A DNA stretch of 64,000 nt from Alphaproteobacteria bacterium. Lineage in GTDB: Bacteria > Pseudomonadota > Alphaproteobacteria > UBA7887. Location of the stretch: contig CBDCGL010000011.1 of NCBI GenBank assembly GCA_965216755.1, positions 3,808,001-3,872,000 of the forward strand, given 5' to 3'. Of this stretch, positions 38,810 to 47,861 are shown piece after piece (the stretch's first letter is position 1; each line of letters begins with the position of its first letter). The notes under the pieces are model-generated. The model made no database searches, was not told the origin of the DNA, and was given only the letters and a program-made list of their open reading frames with translations. Position numbers and translations under genes: made by a program.

Positions 38810-39511
38810 ATGCATCAGCGGTCGCCAGATAGCCGTGCTGTGGTCAAGGCCAGCGTTTGGTTCAACACCGGTATTATGGCGATTCTGGCCGGACTCGCGT
38901 TGGCCGCCGCGCTGTTTGTCATCACGCATGCATCGCTGGCTATTTTCGGCAAGCACGCGGGTGGCTATCTGAACCTGTTGGGCGTTTTCTTACCGGGCTA
39001 TCACGCCAGTCCCAGCGGTGCTTGGATCGGCTTGCTGTGGGGCGTCTTGGTCGGCGGTTTCATCGGCGCCGCGTTTTACCGTATCTACGCGGCCGACGCG
39101 CTGCGCAGTGGCACACCGATGGCCCACATATCCAGCCAGGCCGATGATGCCGAATCCTGGCAACCACCGGTCATGCTTTTGTCAGGACATCACTTGGGTA
39201 TCGCTGTCGGCGCATTGATGGCGGCCCTTTTGGCCATGGGCACGCTGTGGCTGGTTATTCGCGGTACGGCGCATGAAAGTGTCCATGCCGCGCTTTTGAG
39301 CAACTACTTGCCGGGGTACTCCGTCGATGTTGGCGGGGCGCTGATCGGGGCGGCGGACATATTCCTTGCAACTTACGTTTTCACAACCATCTTCGCGTTT
39401 ATTTACAACAGGGTCGCGAAAATGCGCTGTGAGAGGGGGATTGGTGGAAGCACCTCAGGGGAAAGTCGTCATCCTCGGTGGCGGACCGGGCGGGCTGGCC
39501 GCGGGACATGA
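38810..39511 (+). CDS. Hypothetical membrane protein, two copies of the same repeat domain
   Basis: LLGVFLPGYHAS..GAWIG and LLSNYLPGYSVD..GALIG; start at 38798 or 38810. Confidence 0.75.
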   Translation: MHQRSPDSRAVVKASVWFNTGIMAILAGLALAAALFVITHASLAIFGKHAGGYLNLLGVFLPGYHASPSGAWIGLLWGVLVGGFIGAAFYRIYAADALRSGTPMAHISSQADDAESWQPPVMLLSGHHLGIAVGALMAALLAMGTLWLVIRGTAHESVHAALLSNYLPGYSVDVGGALIGAADIFLATYVFTTIFAFIYNRVAKMRCERGIGGSTSGESRHPRWRTGRAGRGT

Positions 39512-40943
39512 GCTCGTCGCGCGCGGCATGCGCGTGATGGTGCTGGAACGCAATGGTTATGTCGGCGGCCTGTGCCGCACAATTCACCATAACGGCTATA
39601 AATTCGATCTTGGCGGCCATCGTTGGTTTACCAAGAACGAGGATTTGAACCGATGGTTTCGCGAGTTGATGGAAGGCGAGATCGTCTGGGTCGACCGCAT
39701 TAGCCGCATCTATTACGGCGGCAAATACTTCAACTATCCGGTCCGGTTTGGTGACGTCGTGCGCAAATCGGGCCCGTTGACGATCCTGCATGCCGGGTTG
39801 TCGTTTTTGTGGGCTGTGGTCAAGAACGCACTCGGCAGCAAACCGCCCGTAACCATGCGCGATGCTTATGTGCGGCAATTTGGCTACAAGCTCTATGACA
39901 TGTTTTTTCGCCTTTACAGCGAGAAGGTCTGGGGGCTGCCGTGCGATCAGTTGTCTGCGGATTGGGTGACACAGCGCAGCAAAGGCCTATCGATTTGGAC
40001 AGTGATTAGAGATGCGCTTGCTGGCAGTGGCGGCAAGGTGGTGAGCCTAATCGAGCAGTTCATGTATCCGCGCGACGGCTATATGCGTATTCCCGAGCGC
40101 ATGGCCGAAGATATCACCGCTGCCGGTAGCGAGGTTGTCTTGGGCAGCACGGTCACGCGCATCACGTACAATGGACCGCGCGATTTTGTCATCACCTACA
40201 GCCAAGATGGCGTTGAGAAGACGACCAAGGCCGACGCCGTGGTCTCCACCATTCCACTGGGTTTGCTGGCACGCATTTTCGAACCGCAATGCGATGATGC
40301 GGTGACGAATGCCGCGCAAGCCTTGGTGTTTCGGGATTTGATTACCGTCAACGTCATGATCAACCGACCGCAAGTGACCGGCGACACCTGGCTCTATGTC
40401 CAGGACCACGACATCCTGTTTGGGCGAATTCACGAGCCGAAGAACTGGAGCCCGGCCATGGTGCCGGATGACGGCGTCACGTCTCTCGTATTGGAGTGCT
40501 TTTGCTCACGCGGCGACGACATTTGGTCGATGTCTGACGAAGACGTTGCCGCCCGCTGCATTGACGATTTGGTGACCAAGCTTGAATTCATTGATCGCGA
40601 CGATGTCGTCGATACAAATGTCGCGCGCGTGACGCAGGCCTATCCTGTGTACGATTTGCAGTACAAACAACGTATCGATGTGATTCAGGATTTCTTGCAG
40701 AGCTTTAATGGCCTCTACACGGTCGGGCGCGGCGGTACGTTTCGCTACAACAACGCCGATCACTCCATTGAGATGGGTCTTTTGGTGGCGCGCCGCATTC
40801 TGGGCGAATCGATCGATTTTATGTCGGTGAATACGGAGCATGCCTATCACGAAGAAGTCCGCGAAGGCGACGAAACGCGCGCGGATCTTTACACCTATTT
40901 TCCCAGCTCGGTGACCCTGCGATGCGCGCGCGAGGCCGAGTGA
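39444..40943 (+). CDS. FAD-dependent oxidoreductase, HemY/UDP-galactopyranose-mutase-like (paralog of 34586-36046)
   Basis: GAGGGGGA RBS; GGGPGG, DLGGHRWF, EKVWG, W..QR, MYPRDG, RIHEPKNW, AYPVY, GRGGTFRYNNADH. Confidence 0.85.
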   Translation: MEAPQGKVVILGGGPGGLAAGHELVARGMRVMVLERNGYVGGLCRTIHHNGYKFDLGGHRWFTKNEDLNRWFRELMEGEIVWVDRISRIYYGGKYFNYPVRFGDVVRKSGPLTILHAGLSFLWAVVKNALGSKPPVTMRDAYVRQFGYKLYDMFFRLYSEKVWGLPCDQLSADWVTQRSKGLSIWTVIRDALAGSGGKVVSLIEQFMYPRDGYMRIPERMAEDITAAGSEVVLGSTVTRITYNGPRDFVITYSQDGVEKTTKADAVVSTIPLGLLARIFEPQCDDAVTNAAQALVFRDLITVNVMINRPQVTGDTWLYVQDHDILFGRIHEPKNWSPAMVPDDGVTSLVLECFCSRGDDIWSMSDEDVAARCIDDLVTKLEFIDRDDVVDTNVARVTQAYPVYDLQYKQRIDVIQDFLQSFNGLYTVGRGGTFRYNNADHSIEMGLLVARRILGESIDFMSVNTEHAYHEEVREGDETRADLYTYFPSSVTLRCAREAE

Positions 40944-41005
40944 ACCGGCAAGCGACGATGCAAATGTGGCGTCGCCCGTAAGAGCGTTTACGGATCGCGA
41001 CGGTT

Positions 41006-42019
41006 ATGACGACGCCCGCGCACGACGCCACGATTTCGGCGATCATGCCTGTCTACAATGGCGCCGACTTTATCACCAAGAGCCTGCCGCCGCTCTTGCG
41101 CCTGCGGACGCAGGGCGATGTCGTGGAAGTCATTGTGGTCGACGACAGTTCGACCGATGCATCGGCGGCGATCGCCGCCCAACTTGGTGCCACGGTTCTG
41201 CCCTCGGGTGGGCGCCTGGGGCCCGGCGCCGCGCGCAACGTCGCGGCGCAACAGGCGCGGGGCACAATACTCTGGTTCGTCGATGCTGACGTCGTGGTGC
41301 ACGATGATGCGGCCAAGAAATTCCTGTCGGCCTTTGCTGATCAAGATGTGACCGCAGTCTTTGGATCGTATGACGACAATCCGCCGGTACAGACGTTTGC
41401 CGCGCAATATAAGAATCTGGTCCATCATTTCTATCATCAGCGCGGCCGCCGCAATGCATCGACATTCTGGGCTGGTTGCGGTGCGGTCCGAAAGGCCGCT
41501 TACTTGGCGGTCGGCGGTTTTGACGGCCAGCTCTATCGGCGCCCGGCGATAGAGGATATCGAGCTCGGCTATAGATTGATCGATGCCGGCGGCCGCATCG
41601 AGTTACACCCCGATATTCAATGCACCCACTTGAAAGCTTGGAAACTGTGGGAAGTCATACGGGTAGACGTATTTCAACGCGCCATCCCGTGGTCACGTCT
41701 TTTGATCAGTCGGCCTTCGGTGCCAGCCGATCTGAACATCAGCGCTGGCGAGCGACCAAAGGCGGTACTCGCGTTAGCGTGCTGGGCGGCACTGTTTTTC
41801 ACGATGGTTGGGGTCATCCCGTGGTGGGCCGCGCTTGGCGTCTTGGCTCTGGCATGGGCGGTCAATCGCCGATTGTTCGGCCTATTCTTGCGACGGCGGG
41901 GTGTGCTGTTTGCAATGGGCGGGTTCTTGTTTCATCAGCTCTACTATACATATAGCATAGCCAGCTATGTTTGGGCGTGGCTGAGCACGCGGCGGCCGGC
42001 CCGTGTTGCCGCCGGATGA
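41006..42019 (+). CDS. GT2 glycosyltransferase with C-terminal TM helices
   Basis: MPVYNG, DDSSTD, GPGAARN, FVDAD, GGFD, IEDIELG. Confidence 0.9.
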   Translation: MTTPAHDATISAIMPVYNGADFITKSLPPLLRLRTQGDVVEVIVVDDSSTDASAAIAAQLGATVLPSGGRLGPGAARNVAAQQARGTILWFVDADVVVHDDAAKKFLSAFADQDVTAVFGSYDDNPPVQTFAAQYKNLVHHFYHQRGRRNASTFWAGCGAVRKAAYLAVGGFDGQLYRRPAIEDIELGYRLIDAGGRIELHPDIQCTHLKAWKLWEVIRVDVFQRAIPWSRLLISRPSVPADLNISAGERPKAVLALACWAALFFTMVGVIPWWAALGVLALAWAVNRRLFGLFLRRRGVLFAMGGFLFHQLYYTYSIASYVWAWLSTRRPARVAAG

Positions 42020-43731
42020 GCCCAACAACACGACAAGACCGCCCGTGGGAGCCCGGCGCGGCCGGCGAAGCCTCAACGATCGGCATAACCGATACGGACA
42101 CACGGACGCAGGGCATGATCCGATTGGTCCAGGACCTAATACGGGCGCTGAATGCGCGCTACCCTCGGGAAAACCGCTTGGTCTTGTCTCTCGCACTTGT
42201 GACGATCGTCGTTTGGACCGTGTGCGTCGCTGTGACCGGGTTTCACCACGAGTTTTGGCGCGATGAAGTCCGGCCTCTGACCTTTGCGCGCGAAGCGGTA
42301 TCATTTCTGGGCCTGTGGGACCTGATCGGTGGCGACGGCCATCCGGCGTTGTGGCCGGCGATTCTGTATTTTTTGCACGGCATATTTCAGTCCAACGCGG
42401 TGCTTGGTCTGGCCAGCAGCGGGATCGGGTTTTTGGCCGCATGTTTGCTGGTGTGGAAGGCGCCTTTGCCGCTTTGGGTCAAGGGCTTGGCGATCTTCTC
42501 CAGCGTGCTGCTGTACGAATATGCGGTGATGGCGCGGAACTACGGCATCAGCATGCTTCTGATGTTTGTTTTCGCATGGCTCTATCGCGACCGCAGCCGC
42601 AACGCACTTTGGCTGGGGCTCGTGCTGGCCCTTTTGGCGAACAGCAATATTCATTCCGCCTGCCTGGCCTTGGTGTTCGCTGGCATTTGGTTCTTGCACG
42701 AGATACAGGACCGGTGGCACGGGCGTGTGCGCGGCCTGCCGAAAAAGGAGTGGGCCGCGCTAAGCCTGCTGGCCTTGGGGTTGGCGCTATCGGCCTATAC
42801 CGTGTGGCCCGACGCGGACAGCGACGTGATCTCCAAAGTCTCCGGGCGGGCGGTCGAAGAACGTCCTTTTGATATTTTGGCTATGTTGCTGTTTCCGGCC
42901 GAGAAGTTCGTCGACATCGTCCGGCCGCCGTTTCCGATCTGGCAATCCATCATATTGCTAGCGCTGTGCGTGGGGCTTGTTGTCGATCTCGCGTGCGCGC
43001 TTGGCGCGGTTATCGCTGTTGTTGGCCTGGCAATCTTCTTTGAGATCGTCGCGCCCGGCTATTATCGCCATCAAGCCTTGATCGTGCCATTGTTCCTGAG
43101 CCTGTATTGGATAGCCGCTCAGCGTGCCGTCGCGCTCGGCACCGGCGGTCGTCGGCTCAGGGTCTTGGGCGTTGGGCAGCTGGTCGCATTGCCGTTGCTG
43201 TTGATCCCACTGGTCAAAGACACGGGTGACTTTGTTTTGGCAGACTTGACCAAGGCGCTGAGTTCCAGCGCGGCATTCGGCGATTTCTTGCGCGACCATC
43301 CCGAATATGCCGAGGCGATCCTGGTTGGCGAACCTGCATATCAATTGGAATCCTTGCCATACTATTTGGATATGACGATCTATTTACCACGCGAACGCCG
43401 GTTTGGAACCACAGTGCGATTTGGTGACCAGGCGCATGTGTTGCGCCTAACGTCGCTGCTTGATCGCGCGCAGCGATTGGCATTGTGCGAGAGCCGGACT
43501 GTGTTGATTGTCTTTGGGCATCCGGAAATTGACGACCACGCGCAGTACGAAAAGACGTTCTCTTATGGCAGCGCCGTGACATGGTCGGCTGCCGCGCGGC
43601 GTCGATTTTTCGACGCTACCGTCAAGATCGCATCGTTTCGTGACTCAATGCGGGAACGCTATGATGTGTTTGAAGTCATCGCGCCAGCGAGGACGTCGGC
43701 GGGTTCGACATGTGCCCAGGATGGCTTGTGA
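42016..43731 (+). CDS. Polytopic GT-C-like (lipid-linked sugar) transferase
   Basis: HEFWRDE loop after TM1, GHPALW, YEY..ARNY, about 11 TMs, C-terminal soluble domain; start 42016 (ATGA overlap) or later. Confidence 0.65.
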   Translation: MSPTTRQDRPWEPGAAGEASTIGITDTDTRTQGMIRLVQDLIRALNARYPRENRLVLSLALVTIVVWTVCVAVTGFHHEFWRDEVRPLTFAREAVSFLGLWDLIGGDGHPALWPAILYFLHGIFQSNAVLGLASSGIGFLAACLLVWKAPLPLWVKGLAIFSSVLLYEYAVMARNYGISMLLMFVFAWLYRDRSRNALWLGLVLALLANSNIHSACLALVFAGIWFLHEIQDRWHGRVRGLPKKEWAALSLLALGLALSAYTVWPDADSDVISKVSGRAVEERPFDILAMLLFPAEKFVDIVRPPFPIWQSIILLALCVGLVVDLACALGAVIAVVGLAIFFEIVAPGYYRHQALIVPLFLSLYWIAAQRAVALGTGGRRLRVLGVGQLVALPLLLIPLVKDTGDFVLADLTKALSSSAAFGDFLRDHPEYAEAILVGEPAYQLESLPYYLDMTIYLPRERRFGTTVRFGDQAHVLRLTSLLDRAQRLALCESRTVLIVFGHPEIDDHAQYEKTFSYGSAVTWSAAARRRFFDATVKIASFRDSMRERYDVFEVIAPARTSAGSTCAQDGL

Positions 43732-43820
43732 TTTGCGGGAGACTTCGCGACCATCTTGCCGCAAACTGACCATCGATGAGGTTAACAAGAGGTCGCGCCG
43801 GGCGCACGCACAACACATTC

Positions 43821-44831
43821 ATGCCAGACAACAAAAGCTATCAGCCACCGACAAATTTCACCGATTTGTTTCCGGAGATTTCGGGGAACGCGATCAATGG
43901 TTTGGGTGAACAAGACGTGCGCCGGCCGTCGCCATTTTTCTGGCATCCGCCGGACCAGCAAACTCATGGCGCCCTGCAGCGAGAGGTGATCCGTTATCAC
44001 CGACAATCGGCGGAAATGCGCGTGCATTTTTCGTCAACGCCACCGGGCGGCCGCGGGCCGAAGCCGGAGCTCCAGGCGCCGACAAGGGTCGAACGGTCAC
44101 CGCAGGCATGGGCGAGTTTGGTCAAGCGCTTTGCGCTGGATCACGAGGGCGATTTGGTTGGCATCGCGGCCATGGATCCGCTCTATGTCTATGAAGGGTA
44201 TGAGCTGGACGATCCGTGGATCATTCTGATCGGTGTCAGCATGCCTTACGATGAATTGGCACAGGCGCCGGCATCGTTTGACAACCCCACGGCCGGTGTG
44301 GTCGTGGCCCGTGAATATAATCGCGCGTCGCGGGTGTCCAGAAACCTTGCCAATTATATCCTAGAGCAAGGCTACCATGCTAAAGCCTGGCCTGGGCCGT
44401 TCGCCTCGGCACTGTCGATGATGCCGGCCGCCATCGCGGCGGGGCTCGGTCAGCTTGGCAAGCATGGCTCATTGATCAACAAGCGCTATGGGTCGTCGTT
44501 TCGCTTGGCCGCAGTCACCACCAGCATGCCCTTGGTGGCGGATGCGCCTGAGGATGTCGGCTCGGAAGACTTTTGCGTGAACTGCCAGGTTTGCGTCAAG
44601 GCCTGTCCACCGGGTGCGATCGCCAACGACAAGCGGATGGTGCGTGGTGTCGAGAAGTGGTACGTGGATTTCGACAAATGCATTCCCTACTTTGGCGAGA
44701 CCTTGTCATGCGGCATCTGTTTGGCGCGCTGTCCGTGGTCGAAACCAGGTACCGCCGACCGGCTGATGACGAAAATGCTCAAACGGCGCGCCCGCCAGCA
44801 GGCGGCGGATGGTGATCAAAGCCAAGAATAG
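43821..44831 (+). CDS. Reductive dehalogenase/QueG-like protein with two 4Fe-4S motifs
   Basis: DLVGIA, Y...GY.A, P.AIAAGLGQLGKHGSLI, FCVNCQVCVKACP, KC...CGICLARCPW; no Tat signal. Confidence 0.8.
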   Translation: MPDNKSYQPPTNFTDLFPEISGNAINGLGEQDVRRPSPFFWHPPDQQTHGALQREVIRYHRQSAEMRVHFSSTPPGGRGPKPELQAPTRVERSPQAWASLVKRFALDHEGDLVGIAAMDPLYVYEGYELDDPWIILIGVSMPYDELAQAPASFDNPTAGVVVAREYNRASRVSRNLANYILEQGYHAKAWPGPFASALSMMPAAIAAGLGQLGKHGSLINKRYGSSFRLAAVTTSMPLVADAPEDVGSEDFCVNCQVCVKACPPGAIANDKRMVRGVEKWYVDFDKCIPYFGETLSCGICLARCPWSKPGTADRLMTKMLKRRARQQAADGDQSQE

Positions 44832-44843
44832 AGGAGGAGCACC

Positions 44844-45149
44844 GTGTCACGATTTGTCGTACTGGCGCAGTTTCGCGTCAAACCTGGAACCCGCGATCAG
44901 TTTGTCGACATCGCCAAAATCGATGCCCAAGCGTCTGTCGCCAATGAGCCCGGTTGCCATCGGTTCGATGTGCTTGTGCCCCATGACGCACCCGATCGGG
45001 TGATGCTTTATGAGATCTATGAGAACAAGGCGGCGTTCGATGCCCATTTGGAGACCCCGCATTTGAAGGCGTTTCGCGATGGCATCGCCGACCTGGTCGA
45101 CGATCGCGACATCTCCATGTGCGACCTGACCGAGAACGCGAAAACCTAG
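44844..45149 (+). CDS. ABM-domain protein (putative quinol monooxygenase, LsrG/YgiN-like)
   Basis: GAGGAGG RBS; EPGC.RFDV, LYEIY, AFDAHLETPH. Confidence 0.88.
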   Translation: MSRFVVLAQFRVKPGTRDQFVDIAKIDAQASVANEPGCHRFDVLVPHDAPDRVMLYEIYENKAAFDAHLETPHLKAFRDGIADLVDDRDISMCDLTENAKT

Positions 45150-45165
45150 TATCCTGATCCAGGTA

Positions 45166-45255
45166 TTTCGGTGACAGTTTACTAAATACACACTATCTTG
45201 TGTGCCTATGTATTGACCCACAATATTTTGCGTATTTAGTAAACTGTCACCGAAA
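45166..45255. repeat. Perfect 24-bp inverted repeat with 42-bp spacer (REPIN/MITE-like)
   Basis: TTTCGGTGACAGTTTACTAAATAC (45166-45189) and its exact reverse complement (45232-45255), between convergent genes. Confidence 0.85.
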
Positions 45256-45260
45256 GTGTG

Positions 45261-46148
45261 TCAGGCACCCGGTACCGGCACGACGATATCTTCATAGGTT
45301 GGCGGCGCCGTTACGAGACCGGCATGGGTGAAGATCTCGACGCTGGCGTCGAAGGCCGCGCGGGTGATGTCCAAATGCGAGGTCCAACAGTCCATCGCCT
45401 GGTATGTGGCGATTGTTTCGGTCAGGATCGAATGCGCGATATTGGGAAAAAACGACTCCGCGGCGCGGGCAATGTCGGCCGCCGGTGTTTCGATCGTGTA
45501 CGCCCGCGCCTTGCGATAGGCACGCGTGAATGCTGCCGCCATGTCGGTTTCCAGCCAGGCGGGTGTCGCCGCCAGACTTGAGAACGCGCACAATCCGACC
45601 GTTTTACCAACCGAGGCGACGACGTGGCCAACGCCGTCATGCTGCAATTGCTGTGGCGCGGGGCCTTGCAGCTGCACATAGTCGCCGGTTCCGGCTCGAA
45701 ACGCGGCCTCCATCTCATCGGGGCCGCCCGCGTCGATGGCTTCTATGTTGTCGTAGTCCAGTCCCATCCGGTGACATCCGAATTGAAACATGGCCTTGGG
45801 CTGCGCGGCGTGGTCGACCAGCACCTTTTTGCCCGCCAGTCGCGACCATGTAAAGGCGCTATCGGGCACGCGGCCGGCGACAAAAAATCCGTCGGTTTCG
45901 TTGATCTGGGCGAAATGCACGACCGCTGGCGCTTGGCCATCGGGGCGCGGCGCGAAGCCTTGCGATGGCGCGGATTGCACGACATGGACACTGCCATCCA
46001 ACAACGAGGCGATCGCCGATTTGCTGGCGGTTGCGACGCTATGGCGTCCGTCCAGGCCCTCGGCCGCCAGAAATCCGCCTGAGATGGTCGCGATCAACGG
46101 CGTGTAAAACGCCGAGAAACGCGAAAACTGAATGTTGATCTGGGTCAT
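45261..46148 (-). CDS. NMT1/THI5/SsuA-like periplasmic-binding-fold protein without a signal peptide
   Basis: AGGAGGT RBS; FYTPL...GFLAAEGL, L.GK, AFTRAY.KA; no hydrophobic leader. Confidence 0.75.
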   Translation of the reverse strand: MTQINIQFSRFSAFYTPLIATISGGFLAAEGLDGRHSVATASKSAIASLLDGSVHVVQSAPSQGFAPRPDGQAPAVVHFAQINETDGFFVAGRVPDSAFTWSRLAGKKVLVDHAAQPKAMFQFGCHRMGLDYDNIEAIDAGGPDEMEAAFRAGTGDYVQLQGPAPQQLQHDGVGHVVASVGKTVGLCAFSSLAATPAWLETDMAAAFTRAYRKARAYTIETPAADIARAAESFFPNIAHSILTETIATYQAMDCWTSHLDITRAAFDASVEIFTHAGLVTAPPTYEDIVVPVPGA

Positions 46149-46169
46149 GAAACGGCACCTCCTGGGCGC

Positions 46170-46718
46170 TCAATAGGCGGGCTGTCGATCAGCGGGGCCG
46201 CTGGTGCAGCCCAACACATTTCGACAATGCACCAAACAGTCGCTATCAGCCGGGCAATAGGTGACCGCGATGCCCAAGCGTTCGTGGAATAGGCGCTTGA
46301 CGGCGCTGAAATCGAACACATTCAAGCTTTCGATCGGAACAGTATAGAGCCCGATACGTTGTCCAGGCGCCAATGTTTCATCGACGGGCACCCGGCTCGG
46401 CGGCTCGAAATTCGGAAACAGTTGGATCCTGTTTTCCGCCAGCTTGGCCGTGACGGCGGCCCAGCTATCCATGGTCAGATCGTCGAGCACGATCACGAAC
46501 GCCGTGATCTCGGCCGGCGTCGTGCCACGATTTTCCAAATAAAGGCCGACTTCGCCCACATCTGCGTCGGTTTGCGGGATAACGATCACTTGCGACAAAT
46601 CTTCGCCGCTTTCCGTCGGCGCGAACTGTCGCCACAAGAACCACCCGAGCACGAGCACCGCAAACGCCATTGCCGCACTCAGCCCGATCCGACGACGCGA
46701 TGGGGGTGTGTCAACCAT
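46170..46718 (-). CDS. Hypothetical membrane-anchored protein with four C-terminal Cys
   Basis: RRR plus TM anchor; YCPADSDCLVHCRNVLGC. Confidence 0.6.
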   Translation of the reverse strand: MVDTPPSRRRIGLSAAMAFAVLVLGWFLWRQFAPTESGEDLSQVIVIPQTDADVGEVGLYLENRGTTPAEITAFVIVLDDLTMDSWAAVTAKLAENRIQLFPNFEPPSRVPVDETLAPGQRIGLYTVPIESLNVFDFSAVKRLFHERLGIAVTYCPADSDCLVHCRNVLGCTSGPADRQPAY

Positions 46719-46748
46719 GAGCTTACATCGCCCGGCGACGCGCCGGCG

Positions 46749-47162
46749 TCAACCGTCGGGAATGACCGCGACCGCTTCGATTTCGACCTTGGCACGATCT
46801 TCGAGCAATGCGACCACTTGGACCAATGTCATCGCCGGGAAATGCCGACCGATGACACGCCGATAGGCGTCGGCCAAGCCACGGCCGCTGGCCAAATATT
46901 CTTGTTTGTCGGTGATGTACCAGGTCAGCCTGGTGAGATGTTCGGGTCTTGCGCCAGCTTCGGCCAAAATGGCGACAATGTTGCGCAGGGTCTGTTCAAC
47001 TTGGCTAGCGAAGTCGTCGGTTTCAAAGATCTGGGCGGCGTTCCAGCCAATCTGGCCGGCAACGAACACGGCTTGCCCCGCCGCGGCAATGCCGTTGGCG
47101 TAGCCCTTGGGCCGTTCCCAACCCGCGGGTTGGAGCACTTGGTGGATCGACGCCGTCGTCAT
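46749..47162 (-). CDS. RidA/YjgF family protein
   Basis: PKGYANG, AGQIGW, FPAM, AKVEIEA. Confidence 0.9.
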   Translation of the reverse strand: MTTASIHQVLQPAGWERPKGYANGIAAAGQAVFVAGQIGWNAAQIFETDDFASQVEQTLRNIVAILAEAGARPEHLTRLTWYITDKQEYLASGRGLADAYRRVIGRHFPAMTLVQVVALLEDRAKVEIEAVAVIPDG

Positions 47163-47180
47163 ACGCAATCACTCCGTTCT

Positions 47181-47861
47181 TTAGATGCCAAGATAGCGAT
47201 CACTGACCTCGGGCGTCAGCATGCTTGGGACACCGGACCACACCGAACGTCCCTTTTCCAGGATCACACATCGGTCGGCCAGGGCCAAGAGCGCGTCGAC
47301 CGACCGATCGACAATCACAGCCGCCTGGCCCCGTGCCTTGAGTGTCGTCAGCGCGGTCCATATTTCGGTGCGCACCAGCGGCGCCAGACCTTCGGTGGCC
47401 TCGTCAAGAAGCAGAAGTTGCGGGTTGGTCATCAAGGCCCGGCCCAGGGCAAGCATTTGTTGTTCGCCGCCCGACAATGTTCGCGCCATTTGATGGCGTC
47501 GTTCGTCGAGGCGTGGAAACAGCGCAAAAATCCGATCCAAGGTCCACGGGCCCCGCCGTGCCACCGCCATCAGATTTTCGCGCACGCTGAGGTTGGCGAA
47601 ACAGCGACGTCCTTCCGGCACCAGGCCAAGGCCGAGGCGTGCCGCGCGATGGGGCGGCGTGTGAGCCAGATCGTGGCCGCGAAACGTCACACGGCCCCGG
47701 GCTGGCACCAACAGCCGGCATATGGATTGTATGGTCGTGGTCTTGCCCATGCCGTTGCGGCCCATCAGTGCGACGACCTCACCGGCGGACACGGTCAGGT
47801 CGACCCCAAACAGCGCCTGGGCCGGGCCATAGAACGTTTCCATTTTGTCGACCACCAGCAT
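47181..47861 (-). CDS. Liv-type ABC transporter ATPase (LivF-like)
   Basis: GRNGMGKTT, LSGGEQQM, LLDEATEGLAP. Confidence 0.92.
   Translation of the reverse strand: MLVVDKMETFYGPAQALFGVDLTVSAGEVVALMGRNGMGKTTTIQSICRLLVPARGRVTFRGHDLAHTPPHRAARLGLGLVPEGRRCFANLSVRENLMAVARRGPWTLDRIFALFPRLDERRHQMARTLSGGEQQMLALGRALMTNPQLLLLDEATEGLAPLVRTEIWTALTTLKARGQAAVIVDRSVDALLALADRCVILEKGRSVWSGVPSMLTPEVSDRYLGI

Noticed and set aside
43821-44831. Respiratory organohalide reductase
   Set aside because: No Tat signal and no rdhB membrane anchor.
45166-45255. CRISPR repeat or intact IS
   Set aside because: Only two inverted copies, no direct-repeat array, no cas or transposase gene.
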